Positions 19,658-27,063 of a DNA stretch of 46,962 nucleotides are shown here, piece after piece. Made by a program: the position numbers and the translations under genes. The DNA comes from Verrucomicrobiota bacterium (lineage in GTDB: Bacteria; Verrucomicrobiota; Verrucomicrobiia; Chthoniobacterales; UBA10450). Positions within the stretch are counted from its first letter, which is position 1; the number at the start of each line of letters is the position of its first letter. Where the stretch lies: positions 1-46,962 of the forward strand of contig QHOI01000157.1 of the NCBI GenBank assembly GCA_003218705.1. The letters are read 5' to 3'. The notes under the pieces were generated by a model. That model saw only the letters and a program-made list of their open reading frames with translations. It did not search any database and was not told where the DNA came from.

Positions 19658-21163
19658 ATGGTTTCGGCCTTTCTCAACACGGTCAAGATACCGGAGTTAC
19701 GGCGGCGAATTTTGTTCACGCTGGCGATCGTCGTTGTTGTGCGACTTGGCGCGGCGATCACAACGCCCGGAGTCAATCAGGCGGTGTTGCAGGAATGGTT
19801 TCGAAGTGCGCTAACCGAAAAATCCGGTGGGAATCTCGCAGCTTTGCTGAATTTGTTTAGTGGCGGCGCATTGGAAAATTGCGCGATATTTTCACTCGGA
19901 ATCATGCCCTACATCAGCGCATCGATCATGATGCAGCTGCTTTCGGCGGTAATTCCGCAATTGGGGAGACTCGCTCGCGAAGATGGCGGCCGGCAAAAGA
20001 TCATGCAATACACCCGGTTCATGACTGTCGGCCTTTGCATTTTTCAGGGATATTTACTCGCAATCTCATTCCAGCATCCGGAAGCTTATCGGGTCGCGTT
20101 GCCGGGAATTTCGGAAACGATTGCGCGGTTAGGCATTCCGCTAGTCGACGATCCCGGATGGGTTTTTCGGATAGTGACGGTGATTTCCCTAACCACCGGC
20201 ACATTGTTGTTGATGTGGCTGGGCGATCAAATCACTGAGCGTGGCATCGGGAACGGCATTTCGTTGATTATCACCATTGGTATCGTCGCGCGATTACCGG
20301 CCGCGCTCGCCCAGGCGTGGAAAACGTTTGTCCCGAGCGGCGGCGCGGCGACGCAGGTCAATCCGATGGTGCTTGTAATGATGATTTTGTTTCTCTTTTG
20401 TGTTATCGCTGGAGTCATTGCGATTACGCAAGGCGTGCGAAAGATCACGGTCCAATACGCCAAGCGTGTGGTCGGTCGCAAACAATATGGCGGCAACACG
20501 CAGTACATGCCGTTGAAAGTGAATTATCCCGGCGTAATGCCCATCATTTTTGCGTGGGCGCTCCTGCTATTCCCGAACCAGATCGTGAGCTGGGCCTTCC
20601 CGAACAGTCCGACCGCGCGGCAACTTTCAGAAATGCTTTCGACCGGATGGCTGCATTACGTCGTCCTGGCTGCGATGATTTTCTTCTTCAGCTATTTTTG
20701 GGTCGCGACCCAGTTTCAACCATCGCAGATCGCAGACGATCTTAAGAAATATGGCGGCTACATTCCGGGCGTCCGACCCGGGAAGCCAACTGCGGATTTT
20801 CTCGATTACACCATGACGCGTCTGACGTTCGCAGGCGCGATCTTCCTCACGATCATAGCAGTGCTCCCGAGTTTGCTGAGCCAGAGTTTGCACGTGCCAA
20901 CGGTAACCGCGCAGTTTTTTGGCGGCACGAGTTTGCTCATTATTGTCGGTGTCATGCTGGACACGATGCGTCAGGTTGAAACGCATTTGATTCAGCGGCA
21001 TTACGATGGATTTCTGCGCAAAGGTCGGGTGCGCGGTGGATTCACAGGCCGCTCTGCTTATGTTCGCGGTGAAGCCGCAGCGCAACGCACGCTGATGTGG
21101 CTTTATGTCGGCATCGCCATCATCGTCATTGGTGGCGTGGCGGCGTTTTTGGCATCGAAGTGA
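19658..21163 (+). CDS. secY: Preprotein translocase subunit SecY, with C-terminal extension
   Basis: 501 aa, ...IPELRRRILFTLAIVVVVRLG...GIMPYISASIMMQLL...; canonical position after rplO. About 35-45 extra C-terminal residues include a hydrophobic helix. Confidence 0.95.
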   Translation: MVSAFLNTVKIPELRRRILFTLAIVVVVRLGAAITTPGVNQAVLQEWFRSALTEKSGGNLAALLNLFSGGALENCAIFSLGIMPYISASIMMQLLSAVIPQLGRLAREDGGRQKIMQYTRFMTVGLCIFQGYLLAISFQHPEAYRVALPGISETIARLGIPLVDDPGWVFRIVTVISLTTGTLLLMWLGDQITERGIGNGISLIITIGIVARLPAALAQAWKTFVPSGGAATQVNPMVLVMMILFLFCVIAGVIAITQGVRKITVQYAKRVVGRKQYGGNTQYMPLKVNYPGVMPIIFAWALLLFPNQIVSWAFPNSPTARQLSEMLSTGWLHYVVLAAMIFFFSYFWVATQFQPSQIADDLKKYGGYIPGVRPGKPTADFLDYTMTRLTFAGAIFLTIIAVLPSLLSQSLHVPTVTAQFFGGTSLLIIVGVMLDTMRQVETHLIQRHYDGFLRKGRVRGGFTGRSAYVRGEAAAQRTLMWLYVGIAIIVIGGVAAFLASK

Positions 21164-21819
21164 AACGGCGACTCGTTTTACTCGGCGCTCCCGGTTCCGG
21201 TAAAGGAACGCAGGCGGAAATGATCACCCGTCAATTTGGAATTCCGGTCACATCGCCCGGCGCGATTTTGCGCCGCGAAAAAGATTTAGAGACGCCGCTT
21301 GGATTGGAGACGGCTGAAATTCTGCAGCGGGGGGATTTGGTGCCGGACAAGATCATTGTGAAGTTGATCGAAGATTGGCTGCGCTTGCATGGCGGATACG
21401 GTTTCGTGTTCGATGGATTTCCAAGAACGCTTCCGCAGGCGGAAAGTTTGGCATCTATTTTGAGCGGCCTCCACGCGTCACTCGACGCTGCGATCTGGCT
21501 GGAGGTTTCGGAAGAAACGGTCCGTGCTAGAATTTCTGGACGGCTACAATGCCGGACCTGTGGTTTCACGACCAGTATGGACAGCGCAAAATTTGCTGAC
21601 CGTCCGATTTGTCCTTATTGCGAAGGGCGGCTCGAGCGCCGAAGCGATGATGATATGAGCGTATTGCAGACACGGTTGCGCGAATACAACACCAAGACAC
21701 AGCCACTCGCGGATTTTTACGGGAAGATGTCGATCTTGCGCCGAATCGATGGAAATCGCGATCGCGAAACGGTGTTCGGCGATATTTCGCGAGTAATCGA
21801 AAATAAAGTGCCGGCATGA
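21160..21819 (+). CDS. adk: Adenylate kinase (zinc-lid type)
   Basis: P-loop GAPGSGKGT and a Cys4 lid (CRTC...CPYC). The GTG at 21160 overlaps the secY stop (GTGA), and the ORF-track start at 21097 lies inside secY. Confidence 0.92.
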   Translation: MKRRLVLLGAPGSGKGTQAEMITRQFGIPVTSPGAILRREKDLETPLGLETAEILQRGDLVPDKIIVKLIEDWLRLHGGYGFVFDGFPRTLPQAESLASILSGLHASLDAAIWLEVSEETVRARISGRLQCRTCGFTTSMDSAKFADRPICPYCEGRLERRSDDDMSVLQTRLREYNTKTQPLADFYGKMSILRRIDGNRDRETVFGDISRVIENKVPA

Positions 21820-22592
21820 TCCCAATCAAAAGCGCAAAAGAAATAGAAAAAATGCGGCAATCATGCCGCACGGCGAGCGACATTCTGGATCGCGTGAGCG
21901 AACTGATTCGTCCCGGAATTACGACGAAGGAAGTGGACGAAGCAGCCGCGGATTTCATGAACGAAGCGAAGGTGAAGAGCGCGTTCCTCGGATATCGACT
22001 GGGTCATCGTATTTTCCCGGGTAACATTTGCATCTCGCTTAACGATGAAGTTGTGCACGGCATCGGTAGTCAACGCCGGATTCAGTACGGCGATATCGTC
22101 AAACTTGATATCGGTGTGATTCAAGAGGGTTGGGTGGGGGACACGGCCACAACGGTTCCGGTTGGAATTGTCGATGAACGGACGGATCGGCTTTTGCGCG
22201 TTACCGAAAAAGCGCTCGATTGCGCGATCAACATCGCCGGGGAAGGCGTTCGGCTGGGTGATATCTGCGCAGAGATTGAAGATGAAGCTGCGCGCAACGG
22301 GTTCTCGGTTGTGCGCGAGTTTGTCGGACACGGTGTGGGCCGCAAATTGCACGAAGAGCCGCAAATTCCCAATTACGGCCGGCGCGGCAGCGGACCCAAA
22401 CTGAAATCCGGCATGACGCTGGCGATCGAACCGATGATTAACATCGGCAGCGCAGAGGTTCGCCTCCTCGATGACGGGTGGACGGTGCGCACGGCCGACG
22501 GCACCCGATCGGCCCATTTTGAACATACGGTCCTGATTACGAAAGACGGGCCGGAAATCCTGACATGGCGCGGAAAGACGCAATTGAAGTAG
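21816..22592 (+). CDS. map: Type I methionine aminopeptidase
   Basis: Metal-ligand motifs are present ([30 protein letters not shown]). ATGA overlap with adk. Confidence 0.94.
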   Translation: MIPIKSAKEIEKMRQSCRTASDILDRVSELIRPGITTKEVDEAAADFMNEAKVKSAFLGYRLGHRIFPGNICISLNDEVVHGIGSQRRIQYGDIVKLDIGVIQEGWVGDTATTVPVGIVDERTDRLLRVTEKALDCAINIAGEGVRLGDICAEIEDEAARNGFSVVREFVGHGVGRKLHEEPQIPNYGRRGSGPKLKSGMTLAIEPMINIGSAEVRLLDDGWTVRTADGTRSAHFEHTVLITKDGPEILTWRGKTQLK

Positions 22593-22783
22593 AAGGCACT
22601 GTCGTCGAGCTGCTTCCGAATACCATGTTTCGGGTCGAGCTGCCGAATGGCCACCGGGTTTTGGCCCACATTTCCGGCAAAATGCGTCTCCACTTTATTC
22701 GTATCTTGCCCGGCGACAAAGTTATGCTAGAGGTATCTCCCTACGATTTGTCGAAGGGGCGGATCACCTTCCGCCAGAAGTGA
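22565..22783 (+). CDS. infA: Translation initiation factor IF-1
   Basis: 72 aa, [30 protein letters not shown]...; overlaps the map 3' end by 28 nt. Confidence 0.95.
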   Translation: MARKDAIEVEGTVVELLPNTMFRVELPNGHRVLAHISGKMRLHFIRILPGDKVMLEVSPYDLSKGRITFRQK

Positions 22784-22784
22784 C

Positions 22785-22814
22785 AACGCGGAAATGGCTC
22801 CGCGTTTTTTGTTT
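22785..22814 (+). terminator. Intrinsic terminator / attenuator between infA and rpmJ
   Basis: 8-bp stem aacgcgga (22785-22792) / tccgcgtt (22799-22806) with a 6-nt loop, followed by a run of six T then gttt. It starts 2 nt after the infA stop. Confidence 0.65.
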
Positions 22815-22822
22815 CGACCAAC

Positions 22823-22936
22823 ATGAAAGTGCGACCGTCAGTTAGAAGACTTTGTGAAAGCTGCAAGATTGTGAAGCGCAAGAATGTGGTGCGCGTGATT
22901 TGCAAAAATCCGCGCCACAAACAACGCCAGGGCTGA
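22823..22936 (+). CDS. rpmJ: 50S ribosomal protein bL36
   Basis: Not in the ORF track because it is too short. Read directly from the sequence as ATG 22823 to TGA 22936, giving [37 protein letters not shown] (37 aa) with the CxxC...C...H zinc-ribbon pattern of L36. Confidence 0.92.
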   Translation: MKVRPSVRRLCESCKIVKRKNVVRVICKNPRHKQRQG

Positions 22937-22956
22937 TTTTTATTTGACGATTACCA

Positions 22957-23352
22957 ATGCCACGATTACTCGGAGTTGAAATCCCAGCGGACAAACGCAT
23001 CGAAGCGTCACTGACCTATGTTTATGGGATCGGATTCAGCACCGCGCGCAAGATTTTGGAGCAAACCAACATCGATCCCAATCTGCGTGCCAGTAAGCTG
23101 ACTCCTCAGCAGATCAACGAGATCATTCACGCGATCACCAACAACAAAATCAAAATCGAAGGCGACCTGCGGCGCGACATTCAGGGAAATTTGAAACGGT
23201 TGCAGGCGATCAATTGTTATCGTGGGCAACGACACCGTCGCGGTCTACCCGTGCGTGGACAGCGAACATCGACAAATGCGCGCACGCGCAAGGGGCCGCG
23301 CAAAACGGTCGGCGTGATCCGTAACCCTGAAGCAAAAGCAGGCAAGGTTTAA
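22957..23352 (+). CDS. rpsM: 30S ribosomal protein uS13
   Basis: [26 protein letters not shown]... Confidence 0.95.
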   Translation: MPRLLGVEIPADKRIEASLTYVYGIGFSTARKILEQTNIDPNLRASKLTPQQINEIIHAITNNKIKIEGDLRRDIQGNLKRLQAINCYRGQRHRRGLPVRGQRTSTNARTRKGPRKTVGVIRNPEAKAGKV

Positions 23353-23357
23353 TTAAA

Positions 23358-23981
23358 ATGGCTGAACACAAAAAACCCGCGAAGCCCAAAGCGGAGAAGG
23401 CAACGAAGAAGCCAAAAGCGGAAGAGCCGCCTCCGACGGTCGAAGTGAAAGAAGAGGCAGCGCAACCAACGCTCACTCCGGAAGCCGCAGCGCCCGTCGC
23501 GGCTGAGGCAAAGCCCGCGAAAAAGCCGGCGAAACCAAGTAAACCAGAAACGGCCGAAGCCCCGCGAGAGAACCTTTCATTAGACGCCGACGACGTCGAG
23601 AAGCCCAAGATTGTTAAGGCAAAAGGGGCCAAGAACGTTCATTCCGGCATCGCGCATGTTTATGCGACCTTTAACAACACCATCGTCACGATTACGGATT
23701 TGAATGGAAATGTGATCGGCTGGTCGAGCGCCGGGAAAGTTGGTTTTAAAGGTTCGCGCAAGAGCACGGCGTATGCGGCACAATTGGTCGCACAGGACGC
23801 ATCGCGACAGGCGATGGGCCACGGGCTCAAAGAAGTCCAGGTCCTTGTTAAAGGTCCCGGTGCCGGACGCGAGTCGGCGGTGCGTGCGTTGCAGGCGATC
23901 GGCCTCGATCTTACCTTGATCCGCGATGTCACGCCGGTTCCGCATAACGGTTGCCGGCCGCCGAAACAACGCCGCGTCTGA
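23358..23981 (+). CDS. rpsK: 30S ribosomal protein uS11, with long N-terminal extension
   Basis: The C-terminal ~125 aa are canonical S11 (...[18 protein letters not shown]...GWSSAG...[13 protein letters not shown]). The first ~80 aa are a K/P/A/E-rich low-complexity extension. Confidence 0.94.
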   Translation: MAEHKKPAKPKAEKATKKPKAEEPPPTVEVKEEAAQPTLTPEAAAPVAAEAKPAKKPAKPSKPETAEAPRENLSLDADDVEKPKIVKAKGAKNVHSGIAHVYATFNNTIVTITDLNGNVIGWSSAGKVGFKGSRKSTAYAAQLVAQDASRQAMGHGLKEVQVLVKGPGAGRESAVRALQAIGLDLTLIRDVTPVPHNGCRPPKQRRV

Positions 23982-23986
23982 TTTTT

Positions 23987-24598
23987 ATGGGTAGATACAC
24001 CGGACCGAAAACAAAGATCAGCCGCCGTTACGGCGTGCAGATTTTTGGACCGTCGAAGTCGCTCGAACGAAAGAATTATCCGCCCGGGATGCATGGGCCC
24101 AAAGGCTCGCGGCGCAAACAATCCGATTACGCGATCGCGCTCGGGGAGAAGCAGAAGCTGCGTTATCAATACGGCCTGCTCGAAAGACAGTTCCGCCGGA
24201 TTTTCCAAAACGCGCTCCGCAAGCGCGGTGTAACCGGTGAAACGCTGCTGCAACTGCTCGAGACGCGTCTCGATAATGTGATTTATCGTCTAGGTCTGGC
24301 CAACACTCGCAACGCGGCGCGCCAGCTCGTTTCGCATAGGCACGTCCAGGTCAACGGTCGCAACGTCAACGTCGCTTCCTTCAATGTGAAAGCCGGCGAC
24401 GAGATCGCGATCAACGACAAACCGAAATCGCGGCAGCTCGCTCTCCGCAATCTCGAGCTCACGCAAATTGTGCCGGTGCCGGATTGGCTGACGGTCGATC
24501 GCGATGCTCTCAAAGGAAAAGTGGCGCACATCCCTTCGCGTGAAGAGATGCAGCCGATCGTCAACGAACAGTTGATCGTCGAGTTGTATTCGCGCTAA
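23987..24598 (+). CDS. rpsD: 30S ribosomal protein uS4
   Basis: MGRYTGPKTKISRRYGV...; ATG at 23987, 5 nt after the rpsK stop. The ORF-track start at 23951 lies inside rpsK. Confidence 0.95.
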   Translation: MGRYTGPKTKISRRYGVQIFGPSKSLERKNYPPGMHGPKGSRRKQSDYAIALGEKQKLRYQYGLLERQFRRIFQNALRKRGVTGETLLQLLETRLDNVIYRLGLANTRNAARQLVSHRHVQVNGRNVNVASFNVKAGDEIAINDKPKSRQLALRNLELTQIVPVPDWLTVDRDALKGKVAHIPSREEMQPIVNEQLIVELYSR

Positions 24599-24607
24599 AC
24601 GCGCTCT

Positions 24608-24844
24608 TTAGACGCGGTTGTTTTCCAAGAATTCCAAGGCTTTGTCGTAGCTTTTGCGCCGGAGAAAGTGGGCGAGCTGCGGATCGATTGGTTTTGGCAT
24701 CGCGGCGGCGAGTTTCTCGATCTTTTCTGAAATCGCCTGCAATCGCGCGGTGTGCGCTTCGGGATCGCGTCGGCTGCTTTCGTCGCTAATGATCGCGAGC
24801 CGCTCGCGCAAAGCAGCGGCAAGATCGAGAATCGCCCGGTTCAT
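24608..24844 (-). CDS. Small helical hypothetical protein (78 aa)
   Basis: ATG at 24844 (MNRAILDLAAALRERL...KSYDKALEFLENNRV). The longer 170-aa version in the ORF track would overlap the receiver gene on the opposite strand. Family not recognised. Confidence 0.5.
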   Translation of the reverse strand: MNRAILDLAAALRERLAIISDESSRRDPEAHTARLQAISEKIEKLAAAMPKPIDPQLAHFLRRKSYDKALEFLENNRV

Positions 24845-24977
24845 TTGATTAACCAATAATAAGCCCGCGACGAGTGGCGGCAAGCGGAGCGCTCGCCTTA
24901 CAATGGCACACGGCGAGAGCGCGCCGTGGCTCAAATCATTCGTGCTTATTCGCGGCCATTCGTGGTAAATCAACGCT

Positions 24978-25397
24978 GTGGCGGCCCAGCCGAAACGCAT
25001 TTTGATGGTGGACGATGACGTCGCCCTGTTGCGAGTGGTGCGTGAAGCGTTGGTGGCGTCGCTCCAGTGTGAGGTCGATACCTCGCCCAAACCGGAGTAC
25101 GCGTTCGAACTGGCGCTCAAGAAGAAATACGACCTGCTCGTCTTCGATTTCCAAATGCCGATGATCGACGGCGCGATGTTGTTTTTTTTAATCGGGAAGG
25201 TTTATCAGAATAGCCAGCCGGTGAGAGAAGTTCCGCCGCTGCTCCTTATCTCCGGAAAAGCCGAGGAAACGAGAGCGCAGGAATTGCTCAAGGAGCCTGG
25301 CGTCGCCGGTTTAGTGGCCAAGCCTTTTGCAATCAATCGCCTGCTCGAAAAAATCAAAGCAGCTGTTCCCGCAATCCGGTCGGTCACATCATTCTAG
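24978..25397 (+). CDS. Single-domain CheY-like response regulator (receiver only)
   Basis: Receiver signature is present: MVDDD acidic pocket, LLVFDFQMPMIDG phospho-acceptor Asp, LLLISG, and KPF. GTG start, with no output domain and no adjacent kinase. Confidence 0.85.
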   Translation: MAAQPKRILMVDDDVALLRVVREALVASLQCEVDTSPKPEYAFELALKKKYDLLVFDFQMPMIDGAMLFFLIGKVYQNSQPVREVPPLLLISGKAEETRAQELLKEPGVAGLVAKPFAINRLLEKIKAAVPAIRSVTSF

Positions 25398-25439
25398 CCG
25401 TCGGGCGTGTTCGTCCCCCGGTCGGATGCGGTTACAACG

Positions 25440-25760
25440 CTAGTGGCGTGTTTCGGATAGAAGCTGTCGCTTGGCTTCCAGCCAATCGGAATTTGCGTCG
25501 CCTGGAAGGGCGAATCGGCGACGCCGCTCGGATATGAAATAAGCCCGGGTCTGGATCTGTTCATCGGTTGGCTCCGGGCCGAGCGGAGCCGCTGTTGGCT
25601 GGTCTGTCTTCTCAGAAGCCATCTTCCTTCGCGGCGGAGATTTTTTCCCTGCAGATGGCGATCTTCCGCCCGCTTTGATTTTGCCCACTTTGCCGTCGCC
25701 GGCCATCGAGACCGCGTCAGCCGCCAATTGTTTTCCAATTTCCTTTTTCCTCTTCGCCAC
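25440..25760 (-). CDS. DUF2934-like protein
   Basis: 106 aa with a basic, disordered N-terminal half. The C-terminus IQTRAYFISERRRRFALPGDANSDWLEAKRQL matches the (R)AY-x-I/LW-x-x-R-G-x-P-x-G-x-x-x-x-DW-x-x-AE pattern I associate with DUF2934. Confidence 0.65.
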   Translation of the reverse strand: MAKRKKEIGKQLAADAVSMAGDGKVGKIKAGGRSPSAGKKSPPRRKMASEKTDQPTAAPLGPEPTDEQIQTRAYFISERRRRFALPGDANSDWLEAKRQLLSETRH

Positions 25761-25865
25761 AACTAAAATTCCTTCCTAAAATAACGCTTTAGCGAGGGAC
25801 GTTTGCTTGACAAGCGGTTTCTGAACTCTGCTTGGCGAAAAGGTAAACTTCCAATAACGTGCCCC

Positions 25866-26282
25866 ATGCGGCACTTCGTTTTTCGCTGGTTCGTCACGGC
25901 GTTTGCCGTGTTTGTGGCAGCGCCAATCGTGGGAATTGATTACACCGGGATCGGCTGTTTGCTCGGCGCATCGCTGCTCTTGGGAATCATCAACGCTTTT
26001 GTTCGCCCGATTCTACTGTTCCTGAGTATTCCGTTGATTCTGGTAACGCTCGGCTTTTTCATTTTGATCATCAACGCGCTGATGTTGAAGTTCGTGAGCG
26101 AGATTGTGCCGTGTTTTAAAGTGCATGGGTTTTGGAGCGCGATTTTTGGCGCGATCATCATCTCGATTGTGAGCTGGCTGCTGAGCGCATTCTTTCGCGG
26201 CAGCGACGGACGGGTCCACGTGCTGACACATCACAGCCAGATCAAACAGGTTCGCGGTCGAGTGATCGAACCCGGCGAATAA
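25866..26282 (+). CDS. DUF360 / phage-holin-family-4-like small membrane protein
   Basis: 138 aa from the ATG at 25866, with four hydrophobic segments (FVTAFAVFVAAPIV..., ...GIINAFVRPILLFLSIPLILVTLGFFILIINALML..., ...FGAIIISIVSWLL). The pattern is typical of the YvlD/DUF360 family. Confidence 0.7.
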   Translation: MRHFVFRWFVTAFAVFVAAPIVGIDYTGIGCLLGASLLLGIINAFVRPILLFLSIPLILVTLGFFILIINALMLKFVSEIVPCFKVHGFWSAIFGAIIISIVSWLLSAFFRGSDGRVHVLTHHSQIKQVRGRVIEPGE

Positions 26283-26290
26283 TCGCGAGC

Positions 26291-26956
26291 ATGTTTGGCA
26301 GTAAGTTACGGCCAGGCGACCGCGTTCGCGTCAAAATCTGTGGGATCACGAACGAGCCAGACGCGCTCGCGGCGATCGAGGCCGGCGCGGACGCGCTCGG
26401 ATTCAATCTCGTTCTCAAAAGCAAACGCTACATTGACATTGAGACTGCGGCCCCGTGGATCGACAAATTGCCGCGAAAAATCTGCAGGGTCGCCGTCATG
26501 GTGAATCCAAATCTGGAGGACGCTCTCCGGATCGGTCGATTACCATTTATCGACGCACTCCAGTTGCACGGGAACGAGTCTCCGGAGTTCTGTGGACGTT
26601 TGGCCGAAGCTGCAATTCGATTCGCCAAAGCGCTGCCGGTCTCCGATTCGAAATCGCTAACGGGCGTGAGTGACTTTTTTACGGATACAGTAATTTTGGA
26701 TTCGGCTTCGGGCGACGAATTTGGAGGGACCGGGAAATCATTTCCGTGGAAATTTGCCGGGGAATTCGTCCGGGCGCATCGCGACCTGAATGTGATTCTT
26801 GCCGGCGGACTAAGCGCTGAAAATGTAGCCGACGCCATCAATCAGGTGCACCCCGGAGGGGTCGATGTGACGACCGGGGTCGAGATTTCACCTGGACGGA
26901 AGGATCATCGCAAGCTCGAGGCTTTCATTCAGAGCGCCGGTCTCGCGGAGGGGTAA
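26291..26956 (+). CDS. trpF: Phosphoribosylanthranilate isomerase
   Basis: ATG at 26291. Sequence VKICGITNEPDALAAIEAGADALGFN...LQLHGNES...ILAGGL...GGVDVTTGVE matches the PRAI TIM-barrel pattern. Confidence 0.88.
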   Translation: MFGSKLRPGDRVRVKICGITNEPDALAAIEAGADALGFNLVLKSKRYIDIETAAPWIDKLPRKICRVAVMVNPNLEDALRIGRLPFIDALQLHGNESPEFCGRLAEAAIRFAKALPVSDSKSLTGVSDFFTDTVILDSASGDEFGGTGKSFPWKFAGEFVRAHRDLNVILAGGLSAENVADAINQVHPGGVDVTTGVEISPGRKDHRKLEAFIQSAGLAEG

Positions 26957-27063
26957 ACGGCGTTAGGCGTCGATAGTCTGGAAGCTTCTTCAGGGAAACT
27001 TCCTGAGGGCTGGTCTGCTTCCTGCTTTTATCCGGCCAGCACTTATCTCACTTCCTTCTAATT

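Noticed and set aside
21861-22583. 240-aa minus-strand ORF antisense to map
   Set aside because: The + strand encodes a complete MetAP with its metal-ligand motifs, and the antisense product has no family signature.
24845-25120. N-terminal extension of the minus-strand ORF 24608-25120 (170 aa)
   Set aside because: It would overlap the receiver-domain gene by about 140 nt on the opposite strand, and the extra sequence is low complexity. The internal ATG at 24844 gives a compact helical protein.
25866-26282. Holin-family gene as an indicator of a prophage or lysis cassette
   Set aside because: No endolysin, spanin, capsid, terminase or integrase genes are nearby. The DUF360/YvlD-type proteins are common chromosomal membrane proteins.
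26132-26290. N-terminal extension of the trpF frame overlapping the DUF360-like gene
   Set aside because: The PRAI homology starts right after the ATG at 26291. The extension is Arg/Ser-rich and out of frame with the membrane-protein gene it overlaps.
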